A stretch of 37,897 nucleotides of DNA from a virus, in IMG/VR virus record IMGVR_UViG_3300029619_000018, positions 1 to 37,897 of that record; one strand, 5' to 3'. Shown in pieces: positions 24,980-34,880 of the stretch (position 1 is the stretch's first letter; every line of letters begins with the position of its first letter). The translations under genes were made by a program, and so were the position numbers. The notes under the pieces were generated by a model. That model was not told the DNA's origin. It did no database searches and was given only the letters and a program-made list of their open reading frames with translations.

Positions 24980-27900
24980 ATGGATAGAAAAACGCTGGAA
25001 CAAAACTATCAAAAATCTTTCGGTGCATCGCCTGCCGCGGAGCTTGAGCAGAACTACCAGCGGAGCGGCATTGACTCTCTTGTTCAATCTGTGAAGAAAG
25101 CTACCCAATATAATCCCTCTGCCCCCAGCACGCAGCCTACACAGGCTGCGCCTGCTGGGGCTTCTTCTCGTAAGCAGAGCGATGCCATGAAGGAGCAGCT
25201 GGATACGATTAAGAAACAGAGGGACGACGCGGCAATTAAGGCCGGGGCCTATATGCGAGCTGGGAATATGCAGCAGCAGGCCAAGGAGCAGCAGAAGATT
25301 GCCAACAAGGCTGCCTTTGAGTACGAGAACGCCTATACCCAGTGGAAGAACCAGCGAAATGCGGAAGCGGTAGAGGACTACAACCCGGACGAGAATAAAT
25401 TCAAGGCAGGCGATGCTGCCCTTGCTGGTGTGCAGAATGCATTCCAAAGCATGAGGCAGTATGCCGCTGCAGCATCTTCGTATCTTTCCGGTAATCCGGA
25501 AGCGCAGGCATGGGAAGCCAAGCGGCTGATGGAAAGCGGCGTAAGCGGTGCCGAAGCCGTAAAGCGGGCCGGGCTTGCCGATAAGAGAGAAATCCCCATC
25601 ACAGACTATAAGACACAGGCAGAACTGCGCCACGAAAAGAATGTAGCCAGCGTTGGTGCTGTTGAGGGCGGAGCGCTGCAGCTGGTCAATACGATCTCGA
25701 ACATGGTGCCGTCCCTTGTTGCAAACGCGGTCCTCCCCGGCTCCGGTTTGCCCGTGATGGCTGCATCCGCCGCGGGCAATAAATATGCAGATGCCTATGA
25801 GAAGTACGGGAATACGGATACAGCATTCGTACTCGGCTCCGCTGCCGGTGGCGCTTCCATGCTTACCGAACAGTTTGGCGGTTTGTATGGCTCGCTGGGC
25901 AAGTCTGCCGCCGGGCAGGCCGTGGCCAAGAAACTGATGGCGGAAGCCCCCGGCCTGTATAACCTCGCCAATTCCGTGGGTGGCAAGTGGCTGCGGGACG
26001 CTCTCTCCGAAGGCATTGAGGAGGGTGCAGAGGATGTTATCAACTACGCCACTGAAAAGGCCCTCACCGGCGACAGTGACGAGATGGACAACTTCGGCTA
26101 TGATATCCTGCTGGGTGCTCTTGCAGGCGGTGTATTGGGCGGCGGCAACGCTGCGATGCGTTCCGTCACCTACAGCCGTGTAGGCAAGGCACTGAATGCT
26201 TCCCCTGCTGCCGTAGCGCAGCAGGTGCAGGAGGGCATGGAGAAAGGCGCAGGCACCGCACCTGCCATTTATGCGGCGGAGGTGCAGAAGAACCCCAGCA
26301 GCCAAATGGTGGGCAGACTGTATGAAGCAAACCTCACCTATGATGCCGAGAGCGGCCTTTCCAAAATCCAGAACGATATTACCCAGGTCTCCATCAATGA
26401 GATCAAGGCGATGGTCTCCAAAGCGGATGCGCTGGCGCAGGCAGCCCAAAAGCTGAATGTGGAAGCTACTCCGCAAGCCGTAGCAACAGCTATTACCGAT
26501 GCCCAGCGCACACAATCCATTAAAACAGCCGAGGACAGCGTAGGGCAGGCTTTTGCTCCCACAGTTGATAATCCTGTCAACGCAGGAGAGAAAGCCTACA
26601 ACAGCGCCCTTGCCGGTGTAGCAGCTAACCAAGGCGTAGCTGCTCGCATCAATAACGACCCTGCCGCAAGACAGGCATTCTCCCAGTTGACCGGCGTACA
26701 GTTCAGCGGAAACACAGCACAGGATATTGCCGCTATCGAAGTGGCTACGCAGAACATTGCGAAGTCCGGTAAACAGGCGATCTCCCAGGCGGAATATGCC
26801 CAGCGTGTCGCTGCCGCAGGAGAACAGGCTGCTGCCCAGTTCGATGCCGATATGCAGGCGCAGGCGGAGCAGATGCAGCGGGAATCCGATGAAAGATGGC
26901 TTTCCGTTGAGCAAAACACCATTACCGATGTAGACGGAAAGCGCCGCATCAAGGAGATCACCAATACCGATGTGCGCGGCAATACCGAGATCGGCTATAA
27001 GAAAGCTGAAATTCTCGGCAGTAAAAAGAAAGCTGTTGCCGAGGTGAACAATGCAGCGAAATACCTTGGCAAGACTATCGTGTGGTTTGAGGGTGCGGTG
27101 CAGGTCAATGGGCAGTACCGACTGACCAATGGCTATCGCGCACCGGATGGCACCATTTATGTCAACATCAATTCCCGTGATCCGCTGATGGTTACTTTCG
27201 GGCATGAGATGTTTCACGACCTTGTAGCTGATGGCAAGTATTCCGGGATGATTGATACGCTGGTAGAGAACCCAGACTATGCCGATATGGTAAAGGGCAT
27301 GATGAATGCCAAAACCGAACTGTACGAGCGCAATGGAATTGAGCTTGACCCGGATGCAGCTGCGGAGGAAGTCGCTGCCGATATCAGCGGTGATCTTTTG
27401 GGCAGCCGGGATATGCTGGAGTACATCGGCGCAAGAAATACGGAAGCCGCCACCGGCATTAAAGGTTTCTTGAACCGTATCCTCAAAAAGCTAAAAGGAA
27501 AGCCCTCTGCACAGGAAGCCTATAACAGGCTGTCCGAATCGCAGAAGGCTTTGCTTGATGGGATGGAGGGGAGAACGGAGGTAGAAGAAGCGGGGAAGAT
27601 ATCTTATTCGCTGATGCGGGAAGCGGTGGAGAAAAACAACCGCCCATTTGCGGAACAGTTTGCCGACTACAAAGCTGGCAAAATGAAACCGACGGAGCTG
27701 TTTGCCCTTGGCAATACATCGCAGTATCTGCAGGCTGCCGGAATAGGGAATGAGCCCATTGTTATGGCGCAATCTGTTGTGGCAAAGGCGCAGAGAAAAG
27801 CAAAGGTTGATACCCATGGGCACAACCTTTCCGATAATGTTTTGCTGAAGCTTCCGGAAATGCTGGACAAGCCGGCGCTTCTGTTGAAATCGGACACTGT

Positions 27901-30900
27901 CCCCAATGCAGCAGTTATTGTTACCTCTACAGCGGATTCCGACGGGAACCCTGTTGTTGTGGCGCTCCACTTGAGCCGGAGCGAGGGCTTTGATATTGTA
28001 ACAAGAGTGGCAAGTCTGTATGGAAAAGAAAACAGCAGAGACTTCCTTGCGGAGCAAATGCTTCGGGGAAATCTGCTTGGTTACAGCAAAAAAGAAGCCA
28101 ACCGACTGCTTCATCGAGATGGGCTCCAATTGCCCAGACGGAACACAGCGGTTGACTTCGACACCATTAGTGTAGCACAAGACACTGATGCTGTCAATAA
28201 CTATTCTATGCAGAATAGCGCAGAAGATGCAAGCGGGAAACATTCCCTTATGGATATCCCGGCAATGGACAGTACCGGCAGGGAGCTTTCTGCCGAGCAG
28301 CGGGAGTATTTTAAGGACAGTAAGGTGAGGGACGAGGACGGAAACCTGCTTGTAGTGTATCACGGAACGGATGCCGACTTTACCGTTTTTGACGCTTCCA
28401 AAGGCAGGGCAAACATGGATATTCAGGGAATGTTTTTCAGCCCTTGGGAGCTTGATGCGCAGGGCTACGGCAGTAATGTAAGCGCCTATTACCTTGACAT
28501 TAAAAACCCCGCGAGCGAAGCCGTTGGGTATAAAGCGCTCAACAGGTTCAAGGGGCAAAACAATGCCGGAGTAAAGGCAAGAGAGTACCTGCAGAACCTT
28601 GGCTACGATGGCGTAAACAACGGAAACGAGGAGTATATTGCCTTTGAACCGAGCCAGATCAAGCGCATCGACAACCTCACCCCAACCAAAAGCAAGGACA
28701 TCCGCTACTCCCTCATGGAAGATGCCCAGTACATGGCCGACATCGACAAAGCGGTATCTGAAGCTACGCAGAAAGCAAACGATGAGCTGAAGGCTGCACA
28801 AGCCGAGGTGAAGAACATCCGTCAACAGCTTGCTGACTATCGCCAGCAGGCAACTGCGGAAGCGAAGATGAATGACCGCTGGCGTGATGCAGAGACGAAA
28901 CTCCTCACCGAAATAGCAGCGGCTAAAGAGCGAGAGAAGGCAGCAAAGGCTCGTTCCGAGTTCATGCAGAAGTACGATTCCCTTTCCAAACAGTACCGCG
29001 CTGACCTGCGGGCTAACAACCAGCAGGCACAGGAAAAGTATAACGAAAAACTGACCGAAGCCAAGGACGAATTCAACCGGCGGAGGACGCAGGACCGCAT
29101 TGACCGAGTGGTGCGGGAGGATCGGGCAAAGAGCAAAGCCCGATTGAGGACGGCGGAACAGAAATCCACCACTACGGAAGATGTTGCCAAGGTTCTGACC
29201 GAAATGCCGAAGAAGGACAAGGAAACCTTTAAGGCGAAAGCCGCCAAAGACTGGCGCACCTTTAAGCGCCAGTGGATCAATACCAAGGATGAGCTGGAGC
29301 GCTTCGGGAACGAAGTCGGCGACAGCAGAATCATGTATGCAGCGAACAATGTCGGGCAGGCATCTGCGGCGGCGCAGTATTCCATTGGCGGCGCCGGGCA
29401 GTATGACCTTAACGGCAAGAAGATCGGCGATAAGAACCTCATGCAGGTATTTGAACCGGCGAAAAAGGCTGGCTTGACCGATGAGTTTTACACCTACCTG
29501 CTGCACGAGCACAATGTAGACCGCATGAGTGTACGCGAAAACGCGCAGCGGCAGCTTGCAGAACTTCGGGCGAAACTGAACAGGGAAGTCAACGGCTTTT
29601 CGGAAATGACAGATGAGAACATCGCTACAGCCGCAGGCAAGGATACTACCCTTACAAAAGCCTACACCGAGGCACAGATTGCCGCCGCCAAGCAATATAA
29701 GCAGTTCCAGGCGTGGGCAGAAAAGCAGTTTGACAAGCCTGTATTCGGCAGCAGCGTGACCGCAGACGATAGCCGTGCCGCAGCAGCTGACCTGCTGGAT
29801 GCACACCCTGAATTTGAGAAGTGGGCAAAGGATGTGTATGCCTACCTTGACGGATTGATGGAGGTGCGAAAGCAGGGCGGACTCGTGAGCACTGATATGG
29901 CACAGTACATGAAGGAACTGTATCCGCACTATGTTCCCACCTACCGCGATATGCCCAGCACCTCCGGCGGCTACTCCAACCCTAACAGCGTTGCGGTGAA
30001 CAGCACCATAAAGTCCGCAAAAGGTGGCAACCAGGATATCATGCCGCTGATCGACAGTATTGCCAGGCAGACCTTGCAGACCTTCTCCGCAGCAAAAAAG
30101 AACATTCTGGGCAATATTCTGTATGAAGATGCAATGGATACTACCCGTGATATCTCGGAATACATTCAGAGTGTTACAGAGGAAGGCGATCTCGTTGACC
30201 TTGATGCGGATTCCGCAGAGAACCTCAAGAACACGCTGCGCATTTGGGTGGATGGCAAACCGGTTACTCTGCACATGAGTGAAGCAATGGCCGATGGGTT
30301 TAGACCCATTGAGCAATCCAATTCCTTTGGAATGAAAGCATTGCGCTCCATCAATAGCACATTCAAAAAGCTGGTTACCCAGTGGAACCCGGTGTTCATT
30401 GTTCGCAACTTCATCCGCGATGCGCAGTCCGCTTTGTATTTCACCCATTACAGCAACGCCACATTCATTAAGAATTATGGTAAGGCTGTAAAAGAAATCG
30501 CGACAAACGGGAAGTACTGGCAGCTGTACCAGGCAATGGGCGGTAAGGGAACAACCTACTACGACCCAAAGACTGGCCTTGCGGATCGCCGCCATTTCAA
30601 AAATGCTACGGCAGATAAACTCCTTGGCGGTTTGAATAAGGCTATTGATATACTGTCCTTCGCCAATGAGGCAGTCGAACAGTACCCTCGTCTTGCAGAG
30701 TTCATCAGCACAATGGAGGCAACCGGAGATGTGCAGCAGGCGCTTTACAATGCGGCTGACATTACCACCAACTTTGGCCGCGGCGGCTTTGCAGCCCGCA
30801 AACTGAATGCATCTCTGGTGCCGTTCTTCAACCCCGGAATGCAGGGCCTTTCCAAGAACATTCGCAATGTCATTGACCGGCGCGGCTGGAAAGAGATTGG

Positions 30901-32119
30901 ACAGCTGGTCTCCCGGTTGCTTATCAATGGTGTTGCACCCGGCATCATTATGGGCCTGCTGTACGATGGGCTGAAAGAGGATGATGACTACAAGGAACTT
31001 TCCGACTACATTAAGGATAGTAACATCCTCATCAAGATCGGCGACAATAAGTTCATTAAAGTCCCGATGGGTCGTGAGCCTTCCGTTATTACGGCATTCA
31101 CCAACCGTATGTGGCGCTGGTTGAAAGGCGAACCCGCAAGCAGTGCATTTGCTGGTTATCCGTCTTTCGCCATTGAGCAGATTGCGCCGAACAATCCGCT
31201 GACCAATAACATCTTCGCTGGTATTACTGCAATGAGCACCAATAAGACTTGGTACGGCGGGGACATCGTTTCCAGCTACATGGAGGAAAAGCCGGACTAT
31301 CTGCAGTACGATGAAAGCACCGATGCGTTTTCTATCTGGCTGGGCGAGATCACCCGCCACGGGAAGAATGGCATCGAGGGGCTTTCGCCGAAGAAAGTCA
31401 ATTACTTGATTGACCAGTATTCCGGCTTTATCGGTGACTGGGTGCTCCCGGCGCTTTCCAAAAAGGCGGATGTTCCTGCGGTGGTAAAGGCATTTGTTGT
31501 AGATAGCGTCCGGCAGAACCGGCTGGGCAGCGACTTCTACGATGCACTGGACGAAGCCAAACAGGTAAAGGATACCGAGATGGCAACTGCAGCTGATGAT
31601 GCGACCTATTCCTACCTGTATAAGCAGAGCAAGGCTGCATCCGAAATCACGAAGCAGCTCAAGGAAATCTACAACAGCGGCGAAAAGACCCGCAAGGAGA
31701 AGATGAGCGAGGCTCGTGACCTGCTGGAATTACGAAACGAGATTTATAGAAAAGCCCTTTTGACCGTCGGCACCTACGAGGAAACCGCAAAGAGCATCGG
31801 AAGCGCAGACAGCGATGTGGTGAAGCGCGAAGCAAACCGCAAGGCGTTCGGCGCGGAATATGCGCTAAAGAACTACAACAAGGATGTCGGAGAGAAAGCT
31901 GCAGAATATGTGGCGCATGGAGTTACCTATGACCAGTACTATGCCGCATACTTTGCTGCCCGCGGCATCACCGGCGACAAGGACGAGAACGGTAAGACGA
32001 TTACCAACTCTGCCAGCCGGAAAAAGAAAGATGCCATCGACAAGGCTGTGCCAAACGCAACCACAAAGCAAAAGCACCTTTTGTACGAAGCGATTGGCGT
32101 TTCAGAAAAAGTGTGGTAA
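24980..32119 (+). CDS. Giant polyvalent (multi-domain, probably virion-packaged/injected) protein, 2379 aa
   Basis: Gly/Ala-rich hydrophobic N-terminal region. HExxH zincin motif (FGHEMFHDL, nt 27203-27217). PARP-like ART motifs at about nt 28330-28680. Long coiled coil (about 28700-29280). Roughly 950-aa C-terminal region of unknown type. Confidence 0.75.
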   Translation: MDRKTLEQNYQKSFGASPAAELEQNYQRSGIDSLVQSVKKATQYNPSAPSTQPTQAAPAGASSRKQSDAMKEQLDTIKKQRDDAAIKAGAYMRAGNMQQQAKEQQKIANKAAFEYENAYTQWKNQRNAEAVEDYNPDENKFKAGDAALAGVQNAFQSMRQYAAAASSYLSGNPEAQAWEAKRLMESGVSGAEAVKRAGLADKREIPITDYKTQAELRHEKNVASVGAVEGGALQLVNTISNMVPSLVANAVLPGSGLPVMAASAAGNKYADAYEKYGNTDTAFVLGSAAGGASMLTEQFGGLYGSLGKSAAGQAVAKKLMAEAPGLYNLANSVGGKWLRDALSEGIEEGAEDVINYATEKALTGDSDEMDNFGYDILLGALAGGVLGGGNAAMRSVTYSRVGKALNASPAAVAQQVQEGMEKGAGTAPAIYAAEVQKNPSSQMVGRLYEANLTYDAESGLSKIQNDITQVSINEIKAMVSKADALAQAAQKLNVEATPQAVATAITDAQRTQSIKTAEDSVGQAFAPTVDNPVNAGEKAYNSALAGVAANQGVAARINNDPAARQAFSQLTGVQFSGNTAQDIAAIEVATQNIAKSGKQAISQAEYAQRVAAAGEQAAAQFDADMQAQAEQMQRESDERWLSVEQNTITDVDGKRRIKEITNTDVRGNTEIGYKKAEILGSKKKAVAEVNNAAKYLGKTIVWFEGAVQVNGQYRLTNGYRAPDGTIYVNINSRDPLMVTFGHEMFHDLVADGKYSGMIDTLVENPDYADMVKGMMNAKTELYERNGIELDPDAAAEEVAADISGDLLGSRDMLEYIGARNTEAATGIKGFLNRILKKLKGKPSAQEAYNRLSESQKALLDGMEGRTEVEEAGKISYSLMREAVEKNNRPFAEQFADYKAGKMKPTELFALGNTSQYLQAAGIGNEPIVMAQSVVAKAQRKAKVDTHGHNLSDNVLLKLPEMLDKPALLLKSDTVPNAAVIVTSTADSDGNPVVVALHLSRSEGFDIVTRVASLYGKENSRDFLAEQMLRGNLLGYSKKEANRLLHRDGLQLPRRNTAVDFDTISVAQDTDAVNNYSMQNSAEDASGKHSLMDIPAMDSTGRELSAEQREYFKDSKVRDEDGNLLVVYHGTDADFTVFDASKGRANMDIQGMFFSPWELDAQGYGSNVSAYYLDIKNPASEAVGYKALNRFKGQNNAGVKAREYLQNLGYDGVNNGNEEYIAFEPSQIKRIDNLTPTKSKDIRYSLMEDAQYMADIDKAVSEATQKANDELKAAQAEVKNIRQQLADYRQQATAEAKMNDRWRDAETKLLTEIAAAKEREKAAKARSEFMQKYDSLSKQYRADLRANNQQAQEKYNEKLTEAKDEFNRRRTQDRIDRVVREDRAKSKARLRTAEQKSTTTEDVAKVLTEMPKKDKETFKAKAAKDWRTFKRQWINTKDELERFGNEVGDSRIMYAANNVGQASAAAQYSIGGAGQYDLNGKKIGDKNLMQVFEPAKKAGLTDEFYTYLLHEHNVDRMSVRENAQRQLAELRAKLNREVNGFSEMTDENIATAAGKDTTLTKAYTEAQIAAAKQYKQFQAWAEKQFDKPVFGSSVTADDSRAAAADLLDAHPEFEKWAKDVYAYLDGLMEVRKQGGLVSTDMAQYMKELYPHYVPTYRDMPSTSGGYSNPNSVAVNSTIKSAKGGNQDIMPLIDSIARQTLQTFSAAKKNILGNILYEDAMDTTRDISEYIQSVTEEGDLVDLDADSAENLKNTLRIWVDGKPVTLHMSEAMADGFRPIEQSNSFGMKALRSINSTFKKLVTQWNPVFIVRNFIRDAQSALYFTHYSNATFIKNYGKAVKEIATNGKYWQLYQAMGGKGTTYYDPKTGLADRRHFKNATADKLLGGLNKAIDILSFANEAVEQYPRLAEFISTMEATGDVQQALYNAADITTNFGRGGFAARKLNASLVPFFNPGMQGLSKNIRNVIDRRGWKEIGQLVSRLLINGVAPGIIMGLLYDGLKEDDDYKELSDYIKDSNILIKIGDNKFIKVPMGREPSVITAFTNRMWRWLKGEPASSAFAGYPSFAIEQIAPNNPLTNNIFAGITAMSTNKTWYGGDIVSSYMEEKPDYLQYDESTDAFSIWLGEITRHGKNGIEGLSPKKVNYLIDQYSGFIGDWVLPALSKKADVPAVVKAFVVDSVRQNRLGSDFYDALDEAKQVKDTEMATAADDATYSYLYKQSKAASEITKQLKEIYNSGEKTRKEKMSEARDLLELRNEIYRKALLTVGTYEETAKSIGSADSDVVKREANRKAFGAEYALKNYNKDVGEKAAEYVAHGVTYDQYYAAYFAARGITGDKDENGKTITNSASRKKKDAIDKAVPNATTKQKHLLYEAIGVSEKVW

Positions 32120-32121
32120 AA

Positions 32122-33795
32122 TTATTGCAGTTTTACAATGATTCCAAAAGCGCGCTGGAAAAAAAGTATGGAGTTCGCTTTTGGTTCATTACCCTGCACC
32201 AAACCGCCATAAGGCGAACACTTGGAATCGTCAGATTCAACACAGGAGCCCCCCTGCCCGGGGGCTTCTTGTGTTATCTGGCGATTTTCTCTATCTTCGG
32301 CTTCCTGCATGGCCTTGTCTACATCATTAACGGTGATCTTGCTGCCGTCTCCATCAAAGTTGTAGCAAATAACAACCCGATCATCGTAGACAAATACAGA
32401 GTTGATGAAGGTATCTACTATGCGCTGCATATAATTTATATCCGTCCGGTCGCCCTCGGGAACCTTTGAGAGGAAGTACATGATCTTTTTTTCGTCAAAT
32501 TTCTCCTGCACCAGCTCCTGCTCTGCAATGGCAAACTTGATGTTCTCCAGTTCTTCCTCTCGATCTCTTACTCTCGCCGCAATGGTGGGGGATGCAGCGC
32601 CTGCTTCGAGTGCGGCGACAAGATTACCGATTGCTTTCTCGCACTCTCTCCTGCGCGATTTTAACCCGTCCAGGATCGCTGTATCTTTCTGCCTTTGCTG
32701 CCACGCACAAAGGTCTGCGGCGATTGACTGGATATTTTCTTTGTGCAGCGCTACATCGAGGGTTGTGTCAATAACTAGCCGCTCTAAGAAGTCTTTCCTT
32801 ACCGGCTTCTTCTGGCAGGCTTTGCTTTTATCCCGGCTGTTCTTGTGATGGACGCAACCATAGTAATAATGCTTTGCCCCGGTCTTGCTTGTTCCGCTCT
32901 CTCCTGCCATCGGGCCGCCGCATTGGCCGCAGAAGCACTTTGTGGTAAGGATGAACGGTTCGGCAGCTTTTGCTCTTGCCGGTGCGTGTTTATTCTTTCC
33001 CAATTTAATCTGCACCCTTTCGTATAAGTCTTTCGGGACGATCTGTGGCATTCCGCCCTCTACTCTGATATCGGCGTAGATATATACCCCGGTATACCTT
33101 TCGTTACGCAGGATGGAATACATGGACGAGCGTGTGAGGGGCTTTCCCTTGTGGGACCGGATTCCCTTTTTGTTCAAGTCGTCCATGATGTGCGTTAGCA
33201 ATTCTCCGCCATCGTAGCGCTGGAAAATCTCTAAAACGGCCGCTGCGTTGATCGGGTCGGTATAAAAGCGCTTGTCCTCACCGGCCTTGTAACCAAATGG
33301 GATTGCCCCACTGGTGATCTGGCACTTCCGGGCGCTCTCCAGCAGGCCGCGGCGTACATTCTCGGCATTCGTTGCGGAATAAAACTCTGCCATGCCCATC
33401 AGCATTGCCTTTTGCATTCCGCCTAATGGCCCATCCGCTACCGGCTCGGTGCAGGAAATCAGCGACACACCATTGCGCTTTATCCGCATTTCATTCAGCA
33501 CCATATCCTCCATGTTGCGGCCGAAACGGTCGCTTTTCCACACGAGGACGGCATCAAACAGGCCCTTTTCGCTGTCCTTTATCATCTGCCGGAACGCTTC
33601 CCGGTCATCGTTGGTGCCGGTCTTGTGCTTATCGGCATATGTCTGAATAATCCGGTAATCGTGCTGTTCCGCATATTCCTGGCACACCCGGAGCTGCCCC
33701 TCTATGGATTGATCTGTTTGTCTGCTGCCGGGGGAGTACCGCGCATAGATGCATACGGTGCGCACCGGCCGCAGGTCATATCTTTTTTTCGCCAT
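32122..33795 (-). CDS. int: Large serine recombinase (integrase)
   Basis: N-terminal resolvase domain (CIYARYSPGSRQTDQSIEGQ...WKSDRFGRN). Recombinase domain. Zinc ribbon CFCGQCGGPM...YYYGC. C-terminal coiled coil. Confidence 0.9.
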   Translation of the reverse strand: MAKKRYDLRPVRTVCIYARYSPGSRQTDQSIEGQLRVCQEYAEQHDYRIIQTYADKHKTGTNDDREAFRQMIKDSEKGLFDAVLVWKSDRFGRNMEDMVLNEMRIKRNGVSLISCTEPVADGPLGGMQKAMLMGMAEFYSATNAENVRRGLLESARKCQITSGAIPFGYKAGEDKRFYTDPINAAAVLEIFQRYDGGELLTHIMDDLNKKGIRSHKGKPLTRSSMYSILRNERYTGVYIYADIRVEGGMPQIVPKDLYERVQIKLGKNKHAPARAKAAEPFILTTKCFCGQCGGPMAGESGTSKTGAKHYYYGCVHHKNSRDKSKACQKKPVRKDFLERLVIDTTLDVALHKENIQSIAADLCAWQQRQKDTAILDGLKSRRRECEKAIGNLVAALEAGAASPTIAARVRDREEELENIKFAIAEQELVQEKFDEKKIMYFLSKVPEGDRTDINYMQRIVDTFINSVFVYDDRVVICYNFDGDGSKITVNDVDKAMQEAEDRENRQITQEAPGQGGSCVESDDSKCSPYGGLVQGNEPKANSILFFQRAFGIIVKLQ

Positions 33796-33891
33796 TGTTT
33801 TCTCCTATTTGACCGATCAATTAGATTTCTCCCTTTTTGCAACGAGAGGAGGAAGATTCATCTGTACTTTCCGATTATGTCACGAATGTCA

Positions 33892-34827
33892 TCAATTGTT
33901 TTTCTGGTAGTTCCGTTCTAATTCCTCCCAGTCAGCAGCTGTTAGATACTTCCTGTATCCAAGCAGTCGATTCACCTCTCCTTCGAGTTTATCAATTCGA
34001 TCGTTCAAGTCGTCAATAATCTCATTCTTCTTCTCCGTTACTGATTCTTGCACTTCTATTTGCGTTTTCAACGCAGTGATGGACCTTTGAAGATTTGAAG
34101 CATTATCGCGAGCGGCAGAAAGCTGGGTGGCTTGCCATACACATACTGCAGATACAACTGCCAGCAAAATGATAAACACATAGATTGAAACCGACTTTTT
34201 CTTCACGCTTTTGACGGTACCTGCCTTTTCGCTTTCCTGCTGTTCTCCTTTCGATTGCTTCGCTTTGCCCTCTTGTTTATCTGACCCTATCTTTACCGGT
34301 ATAACCTTTACTTTTCTGGTTTCAATTCCATGTTTGGGTTTCTCCTCTGCAGCTTTTGTTTCCGATCTGGCATCAGTAGGGCTAATTGGGTCTGCGGTGT
34401 AATTATCTGGGTCAGTCCCTGTAAATAGGTGCTTTCTGTGCATAAAGTATATGATATTTGGCAGTGACCATGCTAATGCGGTAATCAAGAAACAGACGCC
34501 AGACACTGCAAGTCTTGTGCCTAAGTCCGCCATAATTACACCACCATAGGCATTCACCCCTGCCGAAATAGGCGCTATAGCAAACAACGCAATTATGTAC
34601 TTGAAACGAGAAGCACAGAAGCTGCCGACTGCAGTGTACGCCAGAACGGTAAGAAATGAGTTGACGAGGCACAATGCTATGCAGATCACGGTATATGCAG
34701 GAAATGCACTAAACACGGTAGCGAACCATATGAGTGTGAGCCAAATAAAAGAAAGACTAATAGCAGCCCCAATCAGCCAAAGTATTTTGCAAACCTTTAG
34801 CCACTTCATTCCTAAATCTTTTTGCAT
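33892..34827 (-). CDS. Multi-pass membrane protein with C-terminal TM-anchored coiled coil
   Basis: AGGAGG RBS. About four N-terminal hydrophobic helices, a charged Lys/Glu linker, one more TM (IYVFIILLAVVSAVCVW), then a coiled coil. The gene is AT-rich. Confidence 0.6.
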   Translation of the reverse strand: MQKDLGMKWLKVCKILWLIGAAISLSFIWLTLIWFATVFSAFPAYTVICIALCLVNSFLTVLAYTAVGSFCASRFKYIIALFAIAPISAGVNAYGGVIMADLGTRLAVSGVCFLITALAWSLPNIIYFMHRKHLFTGTDPDNYTADPISPTDARSETKAAEEKPKHGIETRKVKVIPVKIGSDKQEGKAKQSKGEQQESEKAGTVKSVKKKSVSIYVFIILLAVVSAVCVWQATQLSAARDNASNLQRSITALKTQIEVQESVTEKKNEIIDDLNDRIDKLEGEVNRLLGYRKYLTAADWEELERNYQKNN

Positions 34828-34847
34828 TTTCTCTCCTCCTATTATTA

Positions 34848-34880
34848 ACCGCCCTCGTTGCCGGGGGCGGTATTTTGATT
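34848..34880. terminator. GC-rich intergenic hairpin, terminator-like (better U-tract on the + strand)
   Basis: ACCGCCCTCG-TTGC-CGGGGGCGGT (10 bp including one G-U) followed by ATTTTGATT on the + strand. Lies between the lipoprotein and membrane-protein genes. Confidence 0.5.

Noticed and set aside
27491-31360. 1289-codon antisense ORF opposite the giant protein. Similar long antisense ORFs lie at 24926..27217, 10971..12767, 13556..14716, 15112..16293, 16582..18492, 18604..20082, 21754..22818 and 7068..8012.
   Set aside because: For 27491..31360 and 10971..12767 I checked that the ORF is codon-aligned with the sense gene, so it stays open simply because the sense strand avoids TTA, CTA and TCA codons. 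I assume the same explanation for the others listed, which I did not check individually. None has an SD-like RBS. Their products are low-complexity (Gly/Ala/Cys/Arg-rich), and the sense genes have clear homology signatures.
32113-32469. 118-aa + strand ORF immediately after the giant gene
   Set aside because: It lies entirely antisense to the 3' end of the serine integrase gene, has no RBS and has no recognisable features.
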